A stretch of 58,833 nucleotides of DNA, filler included, from Sphacelaria rigidula (taxonomy: Eukaryota): NCBI GenBank assembly GCA_964200075.2. It is 9 parts of 9 records of this genome, joined end to end, with 100 filler letters (N's around TTAATTAATTAA, not from the genome) between each part and the next. Parts side by side here need not be neighbours in the genome. Positions count along the whole stretch, not along the records: positions 32,743 to 39,190 come from CAXNAA020020006.1; positions 39,291 to 45,738 come from CAXNAA020020007.1; positions 45,839 to 52,286 come from CAXNAA020020008.1; 6 more parts are not named here. The stretch is one strand, 5' to 3'. Each line of letters starts with the position of its first letter. Within the stretch, counting starts at the first letter, position 1. Shown in pieces: positions 35,867 through 47,415 of the stretch. The notes below the pieces were generated by a model that saw only the letters and a list, made by a program, of their open reading frames with translations, was not told the DNA's origin and searched no databases. A program made the translations under genes and the position numbers.

Positions 35867-38800
35867 AGAAGGACCATCAGTTTTTCATCTGTTCTGTGCG
35901 ACGCCTCCTCTTCTGCTGGCAAGCTGTGACGAGCTATAACACGAGTGTACAAGCAATGTCTGATATCAACCGCCCTCCAACTTAATCGGAGCACGATGTC
36001 ACGAAGAACGGTGCGATCCCTACAGACACTGGTGAACAACCGTACAAGTCAACCCAATCCGTGCGTAGTGAGACGGTTGACAACAACAAACCGGACTGTT
36101 TCGACGATGATAGCGTTCTTGCAGCACGTATTTTCAGAGATGTGGCTGAAGATTTCGATGAGGACCGTATTTCCTCCCATGCTCACCCCCCCTCCCTCAG
36201 TGAACATACCACTACACATCAAGCAGCCACCCAAAACGCTGACGCTGTTCCCACTTTTCATTCTCAGATGGCACCTCTTCAAGTGAGCCCTGATGCTACG
36301 AAAACCTTTCCTGGCGATAGCCTCCGCACCCGAACCGGTGCTGAATCCTCTGATCGCCCCACTCTGGCTTTTGATCCATCGCCCACATTGGAACAATACC
36401 TGCCCACGAATGACGAAACACACGACCCGCTTCGACAAAACCGTCCGGCCTTCATTCCACCGCGCCATTGGTACAACTTCTCAAAGGCTGAACAAACAGC
36501 GTGCTGGGATTGGATCCGTAGTAACGATCGAGCACACCACATGGAACTCGAGCACAGAGAGTTGGAATTTGCCCGCCTACAGGTATCTACAATGGTCCAG
36601 GAGCCTGCTCAGGCCCCCCATAATTTAGATGTCCACCCCGAAAAGATGCCAACAGAACAGAACGAACTAGAACGCGCGATACGCACATCCACAAAGGCTC
36701 TGGAAATTGCGGAGCAACAATATAAAGTGTTGACAAGAAGACACTTGAAAGCTTCGCATCATTTTGGACTATGTTGGCAAACCTGGCAATCACAACTTCG
36801 TTCGTACGGTCGCCTGCTCCGCCCCCAAGGCGACAACTGATTCACCGCCTGACCCACCTGACCTGGCACACTTTCAACCACATGCACCGGCCCACTCACA
36901 GAACGGTAGACGTTTACACATGAGTGGACCTAGTGCCGCGGCTGCACCCCGCCAGGGCGGTACCCACACAGCACTGATGCTCACCTCACAACTTGACAAC
37001 CTTTTGGGAACGTTTTACAAGTTGCGGAGATTCCAAATAGCATACAGTGGTGTAACCCAGGACGCGTTGCTTAGCCCAAAAGCTAAGCCCCATCACCTGT
37101 CTGTTTATTTTCTACTTCTGTATTTTATTTCTTATTACTTGGTACAATCCCACAATTAGAAATGAACAATGAGCGGTAGTACACGCGGAAGTACCCAACA
37201 ATTCTATGTCAACAATTTTCTTTCCCTCGGCCAGGCCACACACATCACACACGTGAATCAATGGCGGCCACCGCGGGTTCAACCATGTGGTGTGGGTCCC
37301 CTGGATATGCTGACACTGCCTTGAAGGGTTCCAAGACAGTCGAAGCCCGTACACCTTTGCATGGCTATCAATTGAGCAATGACCAAACCCAACGTTTTCA
37401 CCCTGGATTTGATCACCCAGTTTGACATTCATCAGGTACTAATCATATTCAATCGAATCCCAATCATATTCAATCGAATCCCTTCTCTTCGGGGGAGAGG
37501 AAGTCATGTAGTGCAGTTTCTACCGCATCAGGAGCCGAAATATCTTGTGGTACGGTAGTCGCTGTCCCTTCGCCTGTTCCATGGAAGACACCAAATTCGA
37601 AGCCACACACTCAAGCACACCCCAACTGCTCAAGTGCCCGGCTAACCACCCTACCGAGTTCCGCAAAAACTAGGGTACCCGGTTCCCTTTTATTTGATGA
37701 GCGCATCTATTCCTTGAAGGGTCGCAACCGCAAAAAAATCATGCTTTCCGTCGCTCAGCGGGTTGGAATGGAACCCCAAGTGACAGTGACTCAGGTGGTG
37801 CGCCAAGAGCGTAACCTAGGTTCCACTGTCCAAGAACTCATTTCAATAGCTCGTGGAGCCGCCGATCCTTTCGTGTGCTACACGCGTCACCAGAGACGGG
37901 CTCCTTCAGATGATCATGTAGATAACCCTGATGTAGCAAGCGCACGTGAAATCCAAGGAGATCGCGTGTGGGCTCAGACAGATGAAAACCTTAGAGTGGA
38001 ACAGGCCGGTACTCCCCAGATTTCGAACAGATCGTTACTGCTCCCTGACCACCCCGCGTGCACTACGTTAGAATCCATTTCCGATGAAGCGTTGCCGTCT
38101 GTAGGGACAGAGACTTCGCCGACTCATGGACGTTCGCATCCTAGTCATGAAGGCACCTCAATCGTGTGTTCGTCACCAGGCAAACAAAGTGTTACGCAAG
38201 ACGACTCGTCTCCTAACTCACCCATGTTGGCCCCTTTCATAGACGCCGGGTTGAACAGTACAGCTTTACCAACCCGCGTCTTGACGAATCGTCTCCGAAA
38301 CCTCCCATTTTGGCCCTAGCTAGTGATGGTATTGAGTTGATTGGCGTATCAAACTCAACACCGCGCCCCGCTGAATCGTCCCCTGTTCTGACCAAGCTGG
38401 ATAATGTAATTGATGCCGCTTTGCACAATGACGATTCGCCCCCTCTGTTGGCCAATAAGGGTGAAACACCAAGCACAGACCAGTTGTCGGGTCCAACCAC
38501 GACAACTGCCCTTCCCCCGCATCGCCCCTCCGTTGCAGGATATGAGATTCAACCCTCGACTGATGAGACAAATATTCCAGGCACAAACACTGACACTCCA
38601 TGCATGCACCATCCTTCTGACCAAAAGCTTGTCCCACAGGATCATAAACGGGTGTATTTTAGCACCTTTGTTCAAAACGCAAAGCAGGATGTGTCAGATG
38701 TCATACCCGAATTCGAGCCCGATCTCGTCAGTGGTATTGCAACTGTGGATGATGCTTCTTTTACGACCAAGATAGGTTTACATAGTGGAGCGCGTGCAAG

Positions 38801-39190
38801 CTGTCATTTGATAGCTCTTGCACTACCAGATTCTGGTTCACCTCAAACGTTCATCACCGCCAGCTGCTGACAACAGATGATCAACGTGGGCGCGGCGGAC
38901 GAGCATTGTCCACCGTGCACCCTCGTGTTTTTGGTGGGTTTGGTTCCTCCACATCTCTTATGGTCAATCAATCGGTGAGACTAAGTGTACAAATTTACCA
39001 GGATGCTACTCCCACTGCTCGGTTGTCCGTATGGGCACTAATAGTGCCCGACGGTCCCATGTATTTTGATGTTTTGTTGGGTCGAGATAGTTGGCTTCGT
39101 TTTTCCACACATACGTATACGACGGACACACCTGTCCCGAACCGTCCAGTAACAGGCAAACTGTCTCTGGGTCACTTCGACACTGATTCG
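35867..39190 (+). mobile_element. Decayed gypsy fragment: long low-complexity coding region leading to the aspartic protease
   Basis: LPDSGSPQTFI (38829)...VWALIVPDGPMYFDVLLGRDSWLRF is homologous to VVPDSTMHHDILLGRDSYMRF at ~52200-52280. Upstream ORFs lie at 35956-36840 and ~37425-38319. Confidence 0.8.
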
Positions 39191-40393
39191 NNNNNNNNNN
39201 NNNNNNNNNNNNNNNNNNNNNNNNNNNNNNNNNNTTAATTAATTAANNNNNNNNNNNNNNNNNNNNNNNNNNNNNNNNNNNNNNNNNNNNAACCCCATCG
39301 GGAGTCCGCCCTTACAAAGCCGGGACGGAGCACGCCGGGTTCTCGCCGGACCAGGCTATATATGGCGGGGGGGGGGGCGTGACATCAGGGGAAACGATGG
39401 TGTCGGTCGGCGCTGTAAGCCCACAGAGTAGGTAAAATGCGCAGAAGAAGTATCTACGCGATCGGAGAGCATTTGGCCGGCAAAAAAGTCATCGGGCATC
39501 ATCGCTGAAAGTGTGGGGAAAGCACTGTTTTGGGCTTGAGCCTCATGTCATCGCACGACCTCATTTTATAAAAGTGCCTGTTTGAAAAAAACGCTGTGTA
39601 GTACAGGTGTGTATTTAGCAATGTGATTAAGACGTACCTACATCACTTCCTGGAAACAGCGGGGCCGTAATAAATCTACAGCTCGCGTAAAACACGTGCG
39701 AATGTACAACTCAGTAGTATCTGGTCTGTCCTGAGCAGAAGAAGGAGTTCAAGTTGGTGACTTGACACGCGGAATCAAGTACCTAACGTCTAGCGTGGAT
39801 CGAGATTTCCGGCGTTGACATGGACATAGATTTGGACTTCCCACTTGTAATCGTACCTCGGTATCACGATAGAACGCCGCGACCGCTACATACGACAGAG
39901 AACATATACCTCCGTCGCCACGGGGAGCGACAACATGAGAACGGCAGGGTAGATGACACACTCGAACAGAAGTGTTGGTTTTCAACTCCCCACCCGACCA
40001 CCTCCCCTGTAGAAACATCGGCGGCAGATGTGGAGGATACCGAGGGCTAAGTCATGGGATGCAACGCCCGGGCGCCTGCTGAGATGCCGTCCGGGGCAGT
40101 CCGACCGTCACATTCGACACCAGGACCGATCCCGAGGTGAGAGAATTTTCAAATCACTGTTGTAGTAACCCTGCGAGCTATCGAAGGTGATGATCGCACG
40201 CGCCTTATTACCTTCTTTCAGGTAACGACTGAGACTTTCGAACCAAACGCAGGGCGTGAGCCTGCGTGAGTAATATACACACTTGTATATACACGTGTGC
40301 GCGAGAACTTCCCACTCTGATTGTTGAGACGTTAGATATTGCACAAAACTAAGTTCTTGCATACATACGCTTTGTTGCATGTCGTGCGGGCAG

Positions 40394-41532
40394 GAAGTGA
40401 AAACCGTGCGTGCCGTCTGCTGTCATCGCACCCGGCACATGCCACAACTGTGGTGGACAGAAGTTGTCGGCCGACAGGCGTAGAATCCGCAGTGACGATG
40501 TCAAATATAAGGGCTATTGCTGGCGGCCACCTCGGCGACGAATCCGCAGTAGGAGATGAGCCCAGTCCTCAATCGTATGGAAAGCACAGGGCGATCGCTC
40601 TTTTCTATGACTCTGGGGTGCCTGGTGCGGTGGTCGATGGTGTACCCATGCAAACCGAGGGGGCGTTGGGCGGGGGCAACGACCGGCGAAGCTCGCAGAG
40701 TGAAGAAGTAGCGAGTCGAACGCCCAGGGAACGCACGATGCACACAGTCTCTAGTACCTGCGCGGCGGACGTGAACTCACGGGAGCTATCGGCATCCACT
40801 GCGCCGACGACAATCTGCCACGAAGTAGGCACCCCAACTTGCGAAGGCCGAGAAACTACCGGCGGAATACCCTGTGAGGTGGGGACTTCTACTCTACCTT
40901 TGAAGACAAATAAAAGACGTGCCCCGCCTGGGTCTGGTAAAGGCACACCTTCGCATGCCCACGTCTCGGCGTCAAGACAGAAGAGCAACATGATCAACCA
41001 CCCAGATGTGAGTAGCGTATGGGGAACATGGGCTGAGCAGCAGGAGGCTGCATTGCAGCACAGGGATCGAGCAAACGAACACGCGCTCAAGGCATTACAT
41101 TCTCCTCAGGTGGCTACGACACCCGTTTCCCCATGCAACGCATCACTGGAGCCTCCACTCGGGTCGCCGGACACAAGTCGAACTCTGCAGCCGGGATCTG
41201 GATCGGAGATTCGGATTCAGAATGCAGCGATTCCGAGAGAGACGACTCAGCATCGGAAGCGGGCGACGACAAAGAGGAAGATTTCGCGTTCTGATTTCAG
41301 TCTGTGGAGAATTTTGGGGCCGTTCTTTCCTGTAGATAGATTGCGCAAACGGTTATGTACAACTCGAGGATGTTTTTTTCCAGGCTGTATTCATAAGCCA
41401 TATCTCAGGTACATGGCGATCATGGTTCGTGCATGTGCGGTGCACGGTGGGGTGCAAAAGTGTATTGGGGGTGATCTGGCTACGCCCGCCAGTCAATCAA
41501 GTGAGCGTTTCAACGGCAGACGACTGACCTGA
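40394..41532 (+). CDS. Candidate exon of an unknown, largely disordered protein with one Cys/His motif resembling the EsV-1-7 repeat
   Basis: The frame stays open for ~380 codons after a CAG acceptor. Motif CFFPGCIHKPY...ACAVH at 41371-41445. Confidence 0.35.
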
Positions 41533-42544
41533 ACAACACCATCGTATGCCAGTCAACCTTTTGGTTTACCGTGCAGCACTGCCAACGCTCGCGCCTCGAC
41601 GCTATGGCGTTCGTGCCAGGATACAACTGCCGGGAATCATCCGTATCACTATTATGTTGAACGGTCGGACGAAAAACATGGAGTGGTTTTCTTCGCCACA
41701 CTCTCGCCGATGTCGTCGATACTGTACCATCTGCACCGGAACGGCTGATCGTGTCACCACGTGTGTTTCGCATCACACATCGTGTCGATTTTCGCTACGT
41801 TTCATGTACACCGCTCATTACGGCAAACACAACAGGTTGAACGACTGTTTTTCTTTTCCTTCATCGTATCGGGTGCAAGTGATGGTTGGGCGGATGTTGC
41901 CCCCTCGGTTTGCCTTGCGTTCATCGTTGAAAAATCTATCACGTCACATGAACATATTCAGGTACTTGTATCTTGTTTGTCTTGCCGCAGTTGTACGTTC
42001 GTCTAAGAACTATGAACGGCAGTTGAGTTTAAAACAAAGTGGCGGTCAGGTGTAGAAATCCACGACAGTTATCACCTCGTGTCGACTGTTGTTGACCAAA
42101 AGTGATCGTCAAGTGGAAACAAATCTGCCACTCCCGGAAAATGCGAACGTGACACGGATTGTTGTACCAGAATTGACCATCTTGGCACAAGAGTGTATGT
42201 GTAAAAAACAGAAATCTGCCACGACCAGAAAAAACCAAGGTATCCTCGAGTTTTTTTCCCCACGAGTACAGGAAACCATTAGAAACCGTCGATACCCCCC
42301 TACCTCCCCTTCGGACGCAAAATGAACAGATGAACAAAAAAATAGTGCGACGAGCTGGGCGACCAGTAAATCCCGATTTGCCTCTCACACCGTAAGCTAT
42401 CTAGTTTTCGAAATCAGACCGCCTTGATTGAGCATATCGGTATGACCTGCCGACCAACTTGGTAACGCACGGGGCCGCCGCTGAAGGGAAAAAAATGAAA
42501 AAATGTACTGCATAACGCATCACCTAACCGACGGAATAAATGAA

Positions 42545-42628
42545 AGGGCATCCGTCGGGATTCGAACTCATGACCTCCAAAATTGGAGTCAACTGCAGCG
42601 CTTGGATTCAATGAGCGCAGCCGTGCCA
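42545..42628 (-). mobile_element. tRNA-like head of a second SINE family, or a tRNA pseudogene
   Basis: Minus strand GGCACGGCTGCGCTCATTG...GAGGTCATGAGTTCGAATCCCGACGGATGCCC: clear B box and GGCA/TGCC acceptor-like ends, poor anticodon arm. Confidence 0.55.
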
Positions 42629-42755
42629 CACGAAAAGTTGGATGCTGCGCCAAATTTCTGGAAGTTTTGGCCGCAATTTCACCAGGATCTCCTCCACTGA
42701 AGGGCGCACAACTGTAGTAGCGATGCCCACGAATTCATTTGTTTTCACGGGGTCA

Positions 42756-43200
42756 GGCCGCTTTTCACAGACTGAAAAAAAATCTGTCTGACAACTGCCC
42801 TTTTGAGCCTTTCATCACGGATTATTGGCAGAATACGGGCCTTGGCGGATTTGGCCTCCTCGGAAAGATTTGCTCTATTTTTCATGAGGATTCCAGCACG
42901 CTTGTTCGATATTTCGTACTCCCAGTTTTACTCTTGGCCGGATTTTGGATTTTTGCAGTCACATGAAAAAACGTCAAGTGGACAATTTACGCGGCGACTG
43001 CAAAATTCCAGAATCCGGACAAGAGTAAAACTGGAAGCACGAACGGTCGGACAAGTGCGCTGTAATCCTCGTGAAAAATATAGCGAATCTTTCCGAGGGG
43101 GCCAAATCCGCTATGGCCCGTATTCCGCCAATAATCCGAGGTGAAAGGTTCAAAAGGGCAGCGCTCAGACAGTTTTTTTTTCAGTCTAAAAGAAGCGGCC
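42756..43200. mobile_element. Full-length foldback MITE
   Basis: ~205-bp inverted arms, with ends GGCCGCTT / AAGCGGCC. Confidence 0.85.
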
Positions 43201-43203
43201 GAA

Positions 43204-43669
43204 GGCTACTTCTTCTGTACCAAAAAATAAAAGTTGTTGAAAGTGCATTTTATGACCCTTCTCCGTCGTTTTTCCCTCGAAAAGAGGGCTAGGCGGCTGT
43301 TGACACCTTGGGATGACTTGCTCTACTCGCTGAGACGGTTCCCGGGCACCTTTGCGTTTACCGTAGGTCACGGTGTCGTTTTTGGCCAAACTTACATTTT
43401 CAATAACAAACGGTCAAGTTATTTAAAAACAGGGGGAACATTTTTTTGGTAACTTGAAGGTTTGTTATTGAAAATGCAAGTTCGGCCAAAAACGAAACCG
43501 TGACTTACGGTAAACGTAAAGGTGCCCGGGAACCGTCTCAGCGAGTAGAGCAAGTCATCCCAAGGTGTCAACAGCCGCCTAGCCCTCTTTCCGGGGGAAA
43601 AACGACGGAGAAGGGTAATAAAATGCACTTTTCAACAACTTTTGTTTTTAATATATATAAGAAGTGCCC
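43204..43669. mobile_element. Full-length foldback MITE, same family as 30151-30633
   Basis: ~215-bp inverted arms, with ends GGCTACTTCTT / AAGAAGTGCCC followed by TTA. Confidence 0.85.
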
Positions 43670-44170
43670 TTACAGCGTTTTTTAAGTTTTTGAAGAAACT
43701 GTAGATCGCTTGAAGTGCATATATATATATATATATATATACATATATTCTTGGCATCCCCGGGAAGGTTGTGCGTTGTGATGATAGAAATATTGTGTCA
43801 ATATTTCAGCGCCCGACGCTACGGATTACCCACAACTCGGCCCGGATACATTCGCAAATCACTGTCAGCTGGTACAGTATTTATTTGCGTTGTCTCTTTG
43901 CCATGAGAACTGACCTTGGACGCGGAGGGGTCCCGGCGTCGCTGACGACAGTATGATTGTGTTTGCACGCCATGTTTTGGGCAGCGACCTCGCGCGCCAC
44001 CGCAGCTATAATAACGGCATGCACCTGCTTGAACTATCTTCTCTGCTGACGGGCAACGCTGTTGTTTTCATGAAAGTGTGGGAGAATATATTTACGACTA
44101 CGAACACAATTAAACGCGGCGCAATTGCCGCCGGCTCCTTTCGGATACCGACTTTCTTTGTCCTCAGGAG

Positions 44171-44310
44171 CAGGGTTGCATATCGGACCGGGAATAAAGT
44201 TCGATAGATATTCTTAGAATATCGAACCACAACGGCCGATACCGATATTTTTGTCGATATTCCGAAAATGACACGATACGTATCGAGTATCGATATTCGA
44301 TACGATACGG
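44171..44310. mobile_element. hAT-like transposon end with CGATA/TATCG subterminal repeats
   Basis: CAGGGTTGCA start followed by dense CGATAC/TATCG motifs. No partner end found. Confidence 0.45.
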
Positions 44311-44847
44311 CTGTTTTGGTATGGCCGCAGTGTACAAGACCGAGCAGTACGCTGGCATACTGACACCCTCACTCACTATTGTAGGTCGCTTGAGATACCA
44401 CATCCCCTCGGTAGATTTTCAAAGCTCACGTACGAGCTGGGCCAGCCTTAAAAAGGATTTAAGCTCTCAAAGCGATATCTCAACGACACAGACGAGTTGG
44501 GCCGTGATCCGCATATCGTATTAATCATCTAATCAAGGGGAAGGTGCCCATCGCTCAAAAATCTGGGTCAATTTTTTCTCGTCGAGTAAACCCCATGTAT
44601 AATAATTCCTATACCTGGCGGAGATAGCGTCCACACTGAAATCTATATGAACTCCCGAACGATCGATCAAGCGGATGATGACGATTTTTGGTGCGGACGT
44701 TCCCTGTAGCACGGAGATACGATAGATACCCTCACCTTCACCTAATTCGTTATCTATCTCGAGATATGGCGAACATAAGATCTAATAATAAAATCAGTAT
44801 ATTACGAGCAGTGGCACTAGATGACCTAAATCTGGATATTATCGCGT

Positions 44848-45738
44848 CTCAGTTTTTGAGAGTTGTGCTATGAAATTTGGTATGGAAAACCGCTGGTGCA
44901 CGATGAAGTAAAAAACACAACTTTTTCGTTTTTTTTCGTTTTTTGAAATCTTTTTTCGTGTTTTTAGGGGGGTTTTGAGGAGGAATGAACACTGCTCTTG
45001 GGCCTTGCCCTTATTCACGAAAAACAAATCGTCGGGACCTCACAAACAGCTTTTCTCCATGACCTGTTGATCGTCCATACCTAATTTCACTTTCCAACTC
45101 CAAGAAAAAAAGTGCGAGCTTACCTTTGAAAAACCGGGCCGGTGGAAATTCGGAACAGTATTTTGCAGGCCATTTATCGGCCCACGTTTGGTGCTTGTGG
45201 GTTGAAACTTTGTGCGGGACCTTGCTAGGTCGTGATGAACCAAGAAAAATGGGTGAGGTTGGGTCTAATTTTTATTTTTTACTGATTGAGGGCGTTTTAG
45301 TGTGGTAACGATCATTTTTTACGAGAACACCCGAACCTCTCTTGAAAAAAAATATGAAGGCCCATTTTTTTTTCACTCAGCATACCTCTGTCGTTTTCCA
45401 TGCCAAGTTTCATATCACAGTTCTAAAAATTGAGCTGAAAATGGAGAAAATAATCAGTTTTTAGGTTTTAGTAACAATCCCTTCACTTGGGAAAAAAAAA
45501 GAATCGTCGGGACCTCACAGACAGCTTTTCTTCATGCCCTATTGATTGTCCATACCAAATTTCACTTTTCAACTCCCAAGAAAAAAATTCGAATTCGCCT
45601 GCAAAGTACACATCCGCTTGTAGGCTGGCCCAGCCTGTACTCCTCACCAGAAGCGATGCCAGGGTTTAAATTTAAGTAGGCGGCGTTGCAACCATCTAGT
45701 CGAGAAAAAGTAATCGAGCTTTGAAAATCGCTCCTGAG
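44848..45738. repeat. Transposon-like region with internal direct and inverted repeats
   Basis: ~95-bp direct repeat 45027-45118 vs 45502-45592; inverted match ~44850-44895 vs ~45390-45435. Confidence 0.55.
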
Positions 45739-46196
45739 NNNNNNNNNNNNNNNNNNNNNNNNNNNNNNNNNNNNNNNNNNNNTTAATTAATTAANNNNNN
45801 NNNNNNNNNNNNNNNNNNNNNNNNNNNNNNNNNNNNNNGGGTCCCAAGATATAGAGTTTTTCCCGCCAGGTGCCTTAAGCGTATCTTAATTGGTACATTT
45901 CCCTCTAGCCCAAAACAAGCCTCTTGACTCCAAACCGGCGACGAAAACTTTAAAAGTCAACGGACGTCGAAATTCAGAGCATTCGTGACTACTAATATTC
46001 CTCGGTCGAGACAAGATACCTCCCAATATACATAGTACTCTTTCGTACGTCCAACAGCTGCGCAAACGAATCAGCAGTCAAACGATACATTATCAGCCTG
46101 AAAGTAGAACGAATGAAGTATCGAACACCTCTAAAATGACCTGACCTGCTGCTTCTTCACCTCCGTGAAAAACGTATATATTGCACACGTTCCCTG

Positions 46197-46874
46197 TGTG
46201 ATGAAGAGCAAGCGGCAGTATAATGCAAGGACACAGCTTGCTACCCAAGGCACAAGCTTGGCAGGCAAGTGTACAACCGTCAGGCTGTTACAACTTGTAG
46301 ATGCCGTGTAACCTGCTCAGTATCCAGATATTAGCCGAGGTTCATGCAATAGGTTCTTGACTTCTTTCTTAATTATCTTGATTCTAACTCCGATACCACT
46401 CAATCAATCCAACCCAGACCAGCCAATATCTCTCACCGATGGTTAGACTTCCTTTTGCTGGCTAGCAGGTGGGAGCAGTTGATAGTGGTTGATGGGGGGG
46501 GGCTTTGATCGTGAAGCACGATCAAAGACAAAGCCATCCCTGTAATTATACAGGTTCACATTCGTATCCGACCAACTCTGAACAGACCTGTAGCCTTGTC
46601 TACCGGGATTCCTTGTTTACCGGGATTCCCAATATTACCGAAAGCCAGACTTTGACAAGGAAAGCCAGACATCGACAACGGGTCTGAAGCGGCATGACAA
46701 CAGGCTAGTATACATCTTCATGACGCTAACCCACCCAGACGAACCTTTATTACAGCTGCGAGGATTTATCCTCAAGCAGCGAAAACTAAGGTTTTTCTTT
46801 TATCGTCAAGTCATGAGCGGCTAATAAAGCATACCTAAATGAACACTCCCGTACCTAACATTCCCGTACCAACA
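46197..46874 (-). repeat. 3' LTR (~678 bp)
   Basis: Minus-strand purine tract GGGAGTGGGGACAGGA, then TGTTGG...CATCACA. The terminal ~170 bp match the LTR end at 19717-19885. Confidence 0.7.
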
Positions 46875-47044
46875 ATCCTGTCCCCACTCCCACACCTCAA
46901 AAGAAGGGAAGCATAGACTGCTTCGAGGAGCAGAAAAAACCGCTCCGAAACGCGGAAGCACAAACTGCTTCGGCGTGCAAGCGATTAACAAAGAAGCACA
47001 AATTGCTTGGGCGTCGTAGCAAAAGTCAAGGGGGAAAACAGGGA

Positions 47045-47167
47045 GGTACGACAGGGAGCAGAGCTTCAACCTGGGGGAAACCCAAGGTACAACAGGGAGC
47101 AGAGCTTCAACCTGGGAGAATCCAAAGGTACAACAGGGAGCAGAGCTTCAACCTGGGAGAATCCGAA
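47045..47167. repeat. 3 x 41-bp tandem repeat in the gypsy 3' UTR
   Basis: Units at 47045, 47086 and 47127 share the core GGTAC(G/A)ACAGGGAGCAGAGCTTCAACCTGGG(G/A)GAA. Confidence 0.95.
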
Positions 47168-47415
47168 GGTGCTAAAAACTGCAAGACCGAAAATCTGAAA
47201 ATCGGTGATCCAACGAGATCGAGCGCCAGATGGAGGGGATACTATGGCTCCAGTAGTCGTAGGTAGCGGCCGTCTCAGTAGCTCTTGATCGTTGTCCGAT
47301 GTAGGTCGCGCGATTGTGGTGTAGTAGAAGAGGATCCTGGTGGAGAAGGGGGGGGGGACACAATGCTTACGGGAAAAAATGGGGGTGGGACAACAGTCGC
47401 GACAAGAAGCGTGGT

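Noticed and set aside
47045..47167. CRISPR-like array
   Set aside because: The units are contiguous with no unique spacers, there are no cas genes, and the array lies inside a eukaryotic retrotransposon.
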